NCBI GenBank assembly: GCA_012295275.1
Contig: CM022679.1
Location: forward strand, 19,158,001-19,222,000
Length of the DNA stretch: 64,000 nucleotides
Reading direction: 5' to 3'
Source of the DNA: Chrysomallon squamiferum
Lineage: Eukaryota; Animalia; Mollusca
The translations under genes were made by a program, and so were the position numbers. Each line of letters opens with the position of its first letter. Position 1 is the first letter of the stretch. The notes under the pieces were generated by a model. That model ran no database searches. It was not told the origin of the DNA and worked only from the letters and a program-made list of their open reading frames with translations. This document shows, in pieces, positions 12,273-24,024 of the stretch.

Positions 12273-15200
12273 ATTTATTTCTGCTGTTGAAATTTCCATC
12301 AATAATGTTTACTTTAGGTGTTTCGTTATGTTTGATTTGAGTGGATAGGTTATTTCCCTTTGATTACATTAAAATAAAAAAATAAGATTATTTCCACTCG
12401 GTAACCTGACGTGCATTTGGTGCACCGGAGTTTCAACGCTAAGGGAAATAAACAAAATAATAAGCGTTCTCTTAGTCTAGTAGACAGGCGAGGTTTTCTT
12501 TGTTATTTTTTTTCTTTTATAATTTTCAGTAGTTTATTTGTTCATGAATATATACGACACATACTAGGTGTAGTTTAATATAGAATCTATGATAGATAAA
12601 TACATGCAGATATTCATGCATAAGCAGAGTTAGCGATAAGAAAGATAGGAAGATAGATTTTTAAAGATTTAGATAGAAAGACCTAAATAAACAGAAAACT
12701 AGACAACTGGACAGACAGAGAGATAGATAGACAAAGCTACCGACACTGAGATAGAAACTCAGCTAAACAGACGAATTAATGTATAAACACAGAGAAAGAA
12801 AGACGGAAATTGTGTACTAAGCATTAATTGTAAATAATGTATAGGTGAATTATAATGATGACGTATATTTCTATGAGAATTTTTTTTTTTTTTTTAAATA
12901 CAATATTAACGAACAAATGTTTAATGTTATATTATGAAACGCCTAAAGATATAACCTACATATGTAATTAAGAAGAAAAAAACCTGTTTATCCTTAAAAG
13001 TGTTTTGTGAATGAGAAAGTATCAGTGTAACGGGACAAAATACGTTAAAATGTAATATGAGCGTCCTTGAAATAAAATTTAGTTCTGTTGTGTGGCTTCT
13101 GTTTCCAGTTCAAAACGCTATTTTGTTCATCAAGCTTTACAGAAACCGCATCAGTGATGAAAGCAATATATTTAGCCCAGAGCGAACAGGCCACTGAACT
13201 TAGTCTTTATAAATACTGGTATTTTCCTTCTTTTTTATTTGTTTATATATATAACTTATATATATTATTTAATTGATTACACTAATTTTTTAATGCAGTA
13301 TTCGACAAAAAGAGATAATTAAGAAATTAAAATGAAGAAAACGTGTATTTGCAAGAGCTGAAGCTATCATATGAACACAAATCGGCACTCAAGTTTCGTA
13401 ATCAAACAGATAAAATTAAACTTTGCGATAAAAGCTGATGTAAAAATAACACTCATTTCTTATAGTATTGAATTAAAAACTGCACATTTTTCTTTTGAAT
13501 CGTAATTTCCTTTTTAGTAGTAGTATAACTCCAAATCGCAAAATACATTTTTCTATGAAACACAGCTAGAGAGTCACAAATCAGTGGTTCCAAATGTTAT
13601 CATCTGTGGTTAATGCTGGAATTTTATTTACTTTGAAACAGCAATTTTCTCTTTTTCTCCATTTATCGTTTCAGTTGCCATAAATAATATTAAATGTCTT
13701 TCAAATGATCATTTTGATTGTTTAAGATTTCTTTCACTGTTTCATGTGTAATGAAAAAATATATTATTTTAAATATGATTAAAGTTTGAATGGCTTCTGT
13801 TGATGTTATATATTTTATTGATTGATACAACAGTGTACATAAGTGCAATAACAGAATTGATTATATCGAATTCATCTTCGTCGTTTTCCTTAAAGAAAAC
13901 AATTTAAATTTCATTTATATATGCGAGCACATCCAAATTCATGGGATAGACACCCTTGTTCTGATAATAATATAAAAGTTGTATATCTTCTCTTGTATTA
14001 GACATACATACCTTGTGATCACTTAATATGTTACAAAACATACAATTCTATTCATTATTACTAGCATTACTAGTAGTAGTAGAGGTAGCAGCCATTACAG
14101 AAGTAGTAGTTGTAGTAATAGTAGTATCAAATAAAATAAAAATATAGATATTGTCAATATATATATATATACCATAAACATAAACAATCACGTCACCGAT
14201 GGTTTGTTTTACTGTACTCGTGTAGAAAGTTTGACTCTAAATGAAGCTGTGTCGTTTGCAAATTTAATTATCCCGGCCTTAACAATATATATTTTTAAAA
14301 AACATTGCTCTTATTTCTTTATAGTAGTCATTCTATTCATCTGGGAATGGAATTAATGACAAATAAAAATCTTTAAGTTTCCACTGAACTGTTTTTTCTA
14401 AACGAACTTTACAGATGAATTGGATAAACTACTCCATAAACTAATGCATTTTTAATAGCATATTTTTTTAAATCACATCCAAATCTCTCTGGAATGCATT
14501 GATATATTTATAATTTTTCACCTTCTTTAATAAATCATCAGAAAGGTCAAAATGTTCTAAAGCTGAAAGAACAGAAAATCAAAATTGCAAATTACAAAGA
14601 TGATAATATCAATACATTTATGACTTACTGTATTTTCAAAAGATTTATTCATTACCGGGCAAAAATTACTTAAAGAATCAAGATATTTTACAAATGAAAT
14701 AATCATTCGTCAATAATTAACAAAGTTAATGTTTAAAAAATTAATGTATGTATGTATCTACTCATTCAACCTATTTTTATATCTATGGCATACTGTATAT
14801 GGCTATGAATTTTACAAATAATGACATGCATAGACAATATGTTAGCAACAAGAGATTGTTTTCTTGACAAAAGAATTGTGGATAACTAGTTAGAACAAGA
14901 AACATACTAAAGGAGCAGAATTAATTCTTCTATGAGTCACGTGTCAGACCAACATTAAACAACACTGTGTCTTGTGTCTGTCTGTCTGTCTGTCTTCCTA
15001 CCCGTCTCTTGGTGTTTCTGTTTATCAGTGTAGCTATTTTTATTTTTAAAACAGATGACATCTCTTGCGCTTGATTTTCGTTATCAGTAACTGATTGAAT
15101 GAAGCCGTCAGCAGCGCCAAAAGAATAACTTCCTTATGCCGATTGTCATAATTGAACCTTGCACATCAAGCGACTAAAGGTTGCGTAAATAGTAGGATTC

Positions 15201-15361
15201 CATTTTGTTATCTGATTGGGGGAAATTAAAACGATATTTCATGTGAATACCACTTTCCTAGAAGCTATATTCTTTTTTGCAGTTGGAATAATACTGAAAA
15301 ATCGATAATTTTTATATTGCCCTTTTCGTTGTTTCCTGTTCAAAGCAATGCTCCATTTTAG

Positions 15362-15543
15362 AGTTATGGCCAAAAGTTTAGGACCAGTTTTTAAGAATAA
15401 CATTTTTAAAATATTCTATAATGAAAGAGTTTAAAATATATAGACAAATTTGTTAAGAGTTGATGTTCTCATAAATAAGAGTGTTTTATTTGTTGTTGTT
15501 GTTGTTGTTGTTTTTCTTTCCTTTTTTAATTTTTTTAAATTTA

Positions 15544-15585
<42 letters not shown>

Positions 15586-15973
15586 GATAATTATTTTGTT
15601 TTATTATCTGCTATATCAACTTAGTGGTTGATTCTAATCACAAAGACATGCTGTCAACTACATTCTTGCAGTCTTCAGTACCGAAAACGGATATCTTTTA
15701 TTGCTTCTTGATTTGAAACTCACAGATTCTCTGTTCATTACTTTGTCTTCAGTGTAATCTATAGACTTTCAGCTGAATTGAGGTGGCGGCTATTCCCTGT
15801 CCAATCAAGAATATCTTTCTTCAAGAACTCCGTAGCTACCTTTGATTTGTGGCATAGTGAATGAATATTCCACATTGTTAAACAGTCATGTCTAAAATCA
15901 ACTTGTCCGTCAGCAATTTAACATTGTTCATCGTCATTCCTGCTTGAAGAACAAACAGGCCAGTCTGCCATTT
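15362..15973 (-). mobile_element. Tc1-family transposon fossil (C-terminal DDE region plus one probable TIR)
   Basis: Minus-strand translation gives GLFVLQAGMTMN..KLLTDKL...CGIF / CHKSKVATEFLKKDILDWTGNSRHLNSAESL*ITLKTK / EDCKNVVDSM, matching Tc1 WPGNSPDLNPIENLW. It carries stops and frameshifts. A TIR-like GGCCAAAAGTTTAGG lies near 15368. Confidence 0.85.
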
Positions 15974-15981
15974 ACACACAC

Positions 15982-16741
15982 TGACTCTCGGTGGGTGCTT
16001 AGTCGGCAGAATTTACCGCTCATCTTGAAAGATGATTTTTTTTCTTCTTTAAAAGAGTTGTTGCTGCTGTTGATTTAATATTATTGTATTTCATTTTATA
16101 TATTTTTAATGCAAATTTTATTATTGATAAATGCATTTGTTCCTTTTCCGTTTCTACGTTTTAAGTCTTAATTTTAAATACCATTCTCTTTGACTTGTCA
16201 GAATGGCATTTCTTATAATTGGACGGATTTCCACCGAGGGTTATACTGCCAGTAAAAAGAGTTACAACTGACTGCATTATCAGAAAATGTACTTAATAAA
16301 CTCGACAATTTCCCCATCCATTTTACGATGCGATCAAAGCAGCGTTTGTTATGTAAAAAAAAAAAAAAAAAAAAAAATCATTCACAGTTATTGATTTAAA
16401 ATATATATAAATAACGTTCTTTTTTGGAGTTAATCTTTGTTAAGAAATCCATTTAGAATAGTAAATTGATATATTTTACATTAAAAAAAGTAAAGAAACA
16501 AACAGTAGATAAAGTAAATAGAATTAACGGTATTGCCAACCAGAACAATAACTGTACAGCAACTACTGCACCCATGGAAATGTCATTATCTAATCTGTAT
16601 GAAACCTTTATGAGAAGCCACAACGATATTATACTCCCCCGACAACAGTAAATCAACAGCAACAACAAATCTTTCAAAGAAAAAAAATCATCTTTCAAGA
16701 TGAGCGGTAAATTCTGCCGACTAAGCACCCACCGAGAGTCA
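15982..16741. repeat. About 95-bp inverted repeat pair (15982-16077 / 16649-16741)
   Basis: TGACTCTCGGTGGGTGCTTAGTCGGCAGAATTTACCGCTCATCTTGAAAGATGATTTTTTT is exactly reverse-complemented at about 16680-16741 and continues with a few mismatches. Confidence 0.92.
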
Positions 16742-17132
16742 TGTGTGTGTGTGTGTGTGCGTGTGTGTGCGTGTTTGTGTGTTAATATTGCACAAAAATT
16801 CCCTTTGTTTATTTCTGTCTTTTTCTTTGAACTTAACATTCAACTGAAGAAAAAGTAATTCAGAGGTCGAAATTAACAACATAACTCATTCTAAAATTTG
16901 TATTACATAAACCGAAAAGAATGAGTTTTGTTGTTAATTTCGACCTCTGAATTACTTTTTCTTCTGTTGAAGATGAATATTAAGTTCAAAGAAACAGACA
17001 GAAATATGGTTTATATTTTTTTCAACAGAAAATGTATTAAAAAGAAACAAAAAAGACAAAAAATAAAATGTAATAACAATGTAGAGGGAATTTTTGTGCA
17101 AAATAAAAACACACAGATACATACACACATAC

Positions 17133-17188
<56 letters not shown>
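16742..17188. repeat. Long foldback/hairpin with a 25-nt loop
   Basis: Arms 16810-16892 and 16918-17006 are near-perfect reverse complements. Pairing extends outward via TGCACAAAAATTCCCT / AGGGAATTTTTGTGCA and the (TG)n / (CA)n tracts. Confidence 0.92.
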
Positions 17189-17189
<1 letters not shown>

Positions 17190-18859
17190 CATATGCATTA
17201 AAAAAGAGAATGATGTTTGCAGTTATGTTTTATTATGTATAAAAATAAATTTCATATGAAACACTTTAGATTTTATTTTTATTATGCGGAAATATCATAA
17301 TTCGAAATTCAACACATTTAGTGAAAACATAATGAGGAAGTATTCATTTCGACAGGAAGATATCTGTTAGTACTGGTTACAATCGCCTGACCTACTTCGT
17401 TTTATTCCTGTCAAGATGTACTTCATCTCAGTTTGCGCTTCCGTTCTCTCGTATGACGATTATGTGTGATCACGTTTGCAATGAACGTAAGAATTTCTTT
17501 TTCTTTTTTAACTGATTTCGAGTGTTAGTGTCTGAGTATGTATGTCTGTGTGTATACGTGTTTGATCATACTATTTCTTGAACAAATATAAAATAATAAC
17601 AAAAATATGCGCGAATGCATTGTTTAATATTAAATGTATTTGTTTAAAATTTCAGATATATATATTGCATGTATATTTCTGTCTTTATGCTTGTTTGTTA
17701 GGGTATATATGTGTACTCAGACACACACATAGACATAACACACATATACATACATACACACATATATATGTATATACATATATAAATACGTGTATATGTG
17801 TTATCTATATATGCGTTTGTTATGGAAGTATGGATGTATAAATTGTTAAAGTTATGGCTGTATATTTGTTCTGGTTTCACTTTATAGAAAATGTCTGTTC
17901 TGTTAATTCACTGACACTTAAATTCACCTAAGATTCAAATGCATTTAAGACAGTTAACTTTCCGAGAAAAGCTTTCGAATTATTACAAACTAAATATACA
18001 GTAAATATACTGATTGCAAACATCCAGAAGACATTTTTCAATAAAATTGGCTGTAGAATATGCCTCACTGAGATGAGGTTTTTATAAGTTTAATAAGTGT
18101 TTTCGTTTCAATCCTTAAAGGTCACAATCAGAGTAAATGTAATTAAATAGTCTAGCTTTTAGACATGTTTTTATCTTACATAATGGCATTTCTATGTTTC
18201 TTTGTTATTGTTTTTGTTGTGTGTAATTTCTTTTATTTTCTTATATTTTATTTTTGTGTGCTTTTGTTGTTTCTTTTTTATTTATTTTTTTATTTGTTTG
18301 TTTGCTTTATTGTTGTGTGTTGTTTATTCTTTAAATATACACCTTTTAGAACATGCGCTTATGCGTATTTAGGCGACGGATGGGCGAACCATTCATTTAT
18401 TTTTTGACAGTCAGTTATTTTGCTTAATATCATATTCATTTTTTTCTGAAAAGTTATATCCAGTAATTAAAGAGACTACTTTATCTGATATTATTATTAT
18501 TTCAGGTTTTTTCACTTTCCTACACACAGTTATTATTTTGTATTTTCAATATTTTTAACTTTTTAAAGACAGTCTTAATCATGTCCTCACAGTAAAAAAA
18601 ATGTGTAAAGATTGTAATAATTGTTTAGTAGTTTCTAGGCGCACACGTAGTGACATGTTCCCATCTAAAATATTAAATTTGTTTTATTAGCACTGACTGA
18701 TCTTAGTTTTCCTGTTCATAACTTAAATCAGTCTCACTGACAGTAAACACAGACAAAATGAAACTTGAAAGTTGAGTGACGTATGCAAACAGTCAGTCCG
18801 CAAGATATCTGTATAAGTTGACACCGATGTGTATAGTCAGACTTCAAAGAAGAAATAAA

Positions 18860-19112
18860 GAAACATATAGGCAGAATTCTAGAGAGAAATAAAGAAATAG
18901 ATAGGCAGAATTCTAGTAGACAGAATTCTAGATAAAAATAAAGAAACAAATAGGCAGATGGCAAGAGATAAATAAAAAATGTATAGGCAGACTGACAAAG
19001 AGAAGTAAAGAAAGAAAATGGCAGATTGCTAGAGAGAAATACAAAAACAAATAGGCAGACCGATAGAGAGAATGCAAAAGCAAAACAAATAGGCAGATTT
19101 GTATAGAGAAAC
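18860..19112. repeat. Degenerate purine-rich array of about 35-bp units anchored on ATAGGCAGA
   Basis: About 7-8 recurrences of (A)TAGGCAGA....AGAGAAATAAAGAAA. Confidence 0.75.
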
Positions 19113-19529
19113 ACAGCAACATAACAAGAAACATACAGAGGAACAAAGAAGCAGAAAGACAGACATAATCTCAGTATCTACGGTATACTCCCACAGTCAT
19201 ATGGTCAATAGTCATACAGTTTGGAAAGCTGTCCCCTGGTGGGGAATAATCAACTAGTCTCACTGCTAACTGTTGTAATCATAACTCCGGTGGGCAGACT
19301 GTGTTCATGGTTACTCCAATTATATGGAGGTCTTGCTCTCAAAAAGGAGAAGGACTTTGAAGGAGAGATGTTTTGATATAGCAATGAGATATAAAAATAC
19401 ATAATTTCTTAACATAATTCCAATTGTAAAGTACTGTTCTCAGATTATAGTGAGTATATTCAATTAGTAGCTTTTGAGACAATTGGATATATATAACTGT
19501 GGAATGTCACATTTAGGCATACTTCCACC

Positions 19530-20150
19530 ATGGCTGGATTTCGGATTGTTGAGAATTTATTGTCGCAGAGGGGTACGCCCCAAATCCTCTTAGAGAGTCA
19601 CCTCAACAACAAGAATGCTGTTCGAGAGACTTGTACTTATTGGACATTTGTCATCAAAACTTGCAATGGAAGATGCACTACCGTTGGTGATCACGTCAGA
19701 ATCACTACTGCAGACTGTTCAGTCAACTCAAGTCAAAGTTCAGGCACGACTCAACCTAACTCTTGACCCAGCTACAGTCCAGACAGCCTTTGAGTTGGCT
19801 GCCATTCGTGCTACTGAGAGGGAGTTTCCTAACGCCGAGGTCAAGGGATGTTATTTCCCTCAATGTCAGGCGTTTTGGAGGAAGGTGCAGGACCTGGGGC
19901 TTGCAGTGCTGTACAAGAAAGCACCTCCCATCCGACAGTGGATCCGCAAGGCTGCTGGACTAGCTCTACTACCACAAGACAACATTCACACAGAGCCAAG
20001 ATTTCCCAGACTGACTTCGGAGCCGCACATCCACCCTGCAAGCGTGAGTACAGAGAGATAGAAAACAGACTAGTTAGACTCAAGCATCAATTGCAGCAGA
20101 GAGTCAAGATGCCCCTTTTGTTCTTAGATGCTGTATCCTACCTACTGAAA
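19530..20150 (+). mobile_element. Internally deleted MULE (Mutator-like) transposase pseudogene with N-terminal FLYWCH-like domain
   Basis: One frame gives SQRGTPQILL...YW....TCNGRCTT (FLYWCH-like). A second gives DPATVQTAFELAAIRATEREFPNAEVKGCYFPQCQAFWRKVQDLGL (MULE; D of TDFE and H of CxxH are mutated). A third gives the C-terminal YREIENRLVRLK...FLDAVSYLL. The region is locally GC-rich. Confidence 0.88.
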
Positions 20151-23100
20151 CGTATAAAAGAGAATAAACATAAGCATAGTTTTGTTGCGTGATAGATCCT
20201 GAATAGTAAAACAGAAATTTCTTAATGATTAAACATCTATTTGCATACCATGCAGAGACAATTAATTTATTACATAGTGGAATGTTTTATATTTAGATTC
20301 ACCTTTCAGCTTTATACATCACTGATTTTTATTCTAATATTGATTTTTGCAATGATCAGTGAAATGCAATAGGCCATATTAATTTTACCATTATGCATTT
20401 GTTATTTTAATTTGCTTATTGTATTTATGAATAACCTCACGACTGCATTTATGAAACAGTTATTTCTAATTTAAAACTATTTTGACAGTGTCACACGACT
20501 GAATAGCAGTTATTAACATAAGTTGTCACATTTACAGGTTTTACTGTGTGGAATAATATCAGGGCAACGAAACTGTAATTTAGTGAACAGACATTTAGGA
20601 AATTCAAATATTATAAATAACTGCTAAATTTATTACTATCTAGAATAGTAGGCATTTCGTACACAAACACACATCAAAAAAAAAGGAAATAAAGTAAGTT
20701 GAAATTAAATAATTGTTATACGTTTTACTAATCTAAAGAATATTATACGAATCGAACTTTATTTCATAAAGAGTTTCATTTATTCACATAACATTTAGGA
20801 ATTTAAATTCTTTATCATAATAGTTTCTATAGTTTTTGTTTTTTGCATTAAATTAATTTTATTTCACGGCGTTTTTTAATTTTACTTACCTGAAGTTGTC
20901 TGTTTTCGTTGTTAATGCCAGAGCTATGCTCGGTGTAATGACATGATGTTTTCAGTGGCAAGTGTTTTCGTTTGTCTGAATTATGTAAGAAATTTCATTG
21001 ATTTTTTCATAGACCAATGTCATATTTTAAATAAGGAAAATTAAATAATAAACATTTTAAAGATATCCTGTAGCGGATATTCAGTCACTGATTTAGATGA
21101 TGGTGTTTTCAGGCTTTGGCCGTCTTACTGTAAAACCACACAGCAGTCACTTCTTAAAAAAATAATCCTACTAATTACCAGTACAAAGAACAATATGTCT
21201 GATAACTAATAATAATTACTAATATAAGATAGAAATTTTTTATTAAATAATTATTCATCATTCTTGCTTTTTAAAGGATAAACGAGAACATCTTCGAAGT
21301 ATATTGCAACAAACAAAACGAAAGAAAGTATATTTTAATCTTACCAAAATTTGTTGATCTATGATTATTTTCACAATGATCTTCAAAAATGAAAAAGGAT
21401 AATGTAGAGTTTCTTTCATGTTATTTCTTTTTAAATGATACATAGGTAGGTAGGAAATAAAACATTTTATTTTTTTATTTCTCATGACATACAGATCACT
21501 GAGTACAAAATATATTTTAATATCTTTACTAAGAAAAGAATTTTCCAAACATTTTTAGAGAATTACCTTAGAAACAAATTACAGTTTTCTATTTTAATTC
21601 TAAAAAAAAACATTCAGTACTTGTTGAAAAGTTTTAGCAGTTGAAAAAAATTAAATAACAAAGTCGATAGGCCTCACATAAAAAAAAAAAAAAAAAAATA
21701 AAATAAAAAAATCGGACAAAATTAACACACAAGAAAATAATAAAATAAAAAACTGATTACACTAAATACAAACATAACCCAGATTCTGTTTTCTGATGTT
21801 TATTTATATTTTTACCTTATGATTTTGACTCATTCTTCTTATGGTTATCCCATTTCAATTCAACAACAGAAGGAACGTACCGGATAAGAGTAGATTCCGC
21901 TGTATAGGTGATACATTAAAATAAATGCTCTAATCACAAACATTATAAATATTTTGGTCGACTGTTACATTTACTGTAAATGATACAATATATTTATTCT
22001 TTAACATAATTATATTTAGCGACTGATTTTCTGGGTTTCCGCAGAATTAAGGAAATTAGCATGTTTTATTAGAGATATACGATGAACTTTTATTATTATG
22101 GTATTTTATTAACTATTTAAAAAAAAAAAAAAAATTTATAGCTCTAAATAGAAAAAAATTATATATGTACATTTGAAGAAAACTGTTGTAAATACAAAAC
22201 AAAAAATAAATATAAAGATAACACGTAATTCTTTGATTCATTTAATAAAAACTGGCTGGAACGGTAAGAAGAGTTTCTAGAGGAGATTCCAGTATCTTGT
22301 TACATGTCTCGATTTCCTTCACGGTGAAGCAAAGTGAAAAAAACTTGTTTACTTTAAGGGAAGCGAATCGTCGAAGAATAATTATAATCTGTAGCTGTGT
22401 TGTCTAGATGATACGCAGTGCAGGACGGCGTGGTCTTAATGAAGACTTTTTGTGAACAACTGATAAGACCTGTCAGTGATGAGCGAGTTCAAATTGTCTG
22501 AACAGCCTGCCTCGCAGCTGCTAAGCGTTGATTAGAGAACACGGCATTATACCTTTTGGCAAATCATAATGTAGTTTCCCGCGTGGCATCTTTTGGCAAA
22601 GAAAGTGTTGATCAAAGAAACGTTGTCTGGCTTGAGCTAAAACCATAATAGCGAACGATGTTCTGTGATACATACCTGTTATGTTTATCCCTTCAATACC
22701 GAAGGAAGAAGAAAGACACGAAGAAGGACAGGTGGCTATAAAATAATTTGATTTGGTCCACTAAAAATATGTTTAAAAATACCAACTTGAACAAACAATG
22801 AATTGAATAAAACGAATTAAAGTCAACGATACCGGAATCAGTCAAAACAGTTTTAGAACTATATTCCACACTATTTGGTGGTTTTCTCGAAATTCACATA
22901 ACCGAGGCAAATTGCTGTTTTAATCAAAGGTTTGGCGGGCAATTTTAACGAAATAAGCACTACCAATATACGATCACATTCTGATTAATCATTCACGCAA
23001 GGCTGGAGGCTACAAAACTGAAATAGACTCTATCGGAATGATGGCTAGAAGATAATGACTATATTAACAGATTATCTATTGACACCGTAATTCGTGGTGA

Positions 23101-23360
23101 GTTCGGCGGGATAGATAAAACTGTTTTTATTTCATTAGTATGAGACAGCTTTCTGCTGTGATTGGATCCTCTGGTTATTAGCGAAGTCGTTTTGATGATC
23201 ATCGTTTTAGGGAGGCGTGACCATTGACCAGAGATTTGTTGTATGCCAAACATGCCCTGAAGTCCCGAGACAACTCCTTCAGATATTGACCGCTAACCGA
23301 TACACTATAGATCCCAGCGAACTAGTTACATCTAGGCAAACATCTATATAGATTTCTAAA

Positions 23361-23372
23361 ATGCTACAGTAA
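23361..23372 (+). promoter_or_regulatory. Candidate minimal uORF (MLQ*) upstream of exon B start codon
   Basis: ATGCTACAGTAA starts 31 nt before ATG 23392. Confidence 0.4.
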
Positions 23373-23391
23373 GGGTTTTCACAGTCATAAA

Positions 23392-23689
23392 ATGGCCTGG
23401 CTGGAATACAACGTGACTAATATTTCATATAATGATGGAAATTCATCTATGAACGACGAGTACTACAGTTTGATAAAACAGCCTGTATATATGGTTATCA
23501 TACTAGCTCTAGCCTATGGGTTAATATTTGTTATGGCTCTGCTTGGGAATATTTGTGTTATGGTAATAATTTACAAAGACAAAAGATTTCATACAGCAAC
23601 GTACGTATTCCTAGTGAATTTGGCTATTTCAGATCTACTTGTTGCCGTGTGTTGCTTGCCCGTCACACTTATGACCAATTTATATAATG
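23392..23689 (+). CDS. SIFamide/NPFF-receptor-like GPCR, first coding exon variant B (N-terminus, TM1, ICL1, TM2)
   Basis: AAAATGG start gives MAWLEYNVTNIS...LALAYGLIFVMALLGNICV...FLVNLAISDLLVAVCCLPVTLMTNLYN-G. It has the GN and LAxxD motifs and three sequons. It ends AAT G|GTAAGT (phase-1 donor at 23690). Confidence 0.93.
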
Positions 23690-23962
23690 GTAAGTTTTTT
23701 GTTTTTATTTTGTTGTTTTTTTTAACCAGTATATATATATATTTAATATATTAATCTGTGATTGAAATGTTTTTATCATCTGTCATGTATTTCTTGGTTT
23801 GAAACTAAATTTAATAGCTATTTATTTATTTACTTAATTATTTATTTATTTTCATTTTTCTCGCTGTTGTTAGGTTACCGAGTCTCTGTTATTGTTATTA
23901 GTTCCTTATTACTGTTATTACTGTCATAATCGTTCTCTTTGTCATCATGATCATGATGATGA

Positions 23963-24024
<62 letters not shown>

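Noticed and set aside
11633-12273. Hydrophobic or Thr-rich ORFs resembling membrane or mucin proteins
   Set aside because: Degenerate trinucleotide repeat open in several frames on both strands.
18860-19112. CRISPR-like repeat/spacer appearance
   Set aside because: Eukaryotic context, only an 8-9 bp anchor, inter-unit sequences related to each other, and no cas genes.
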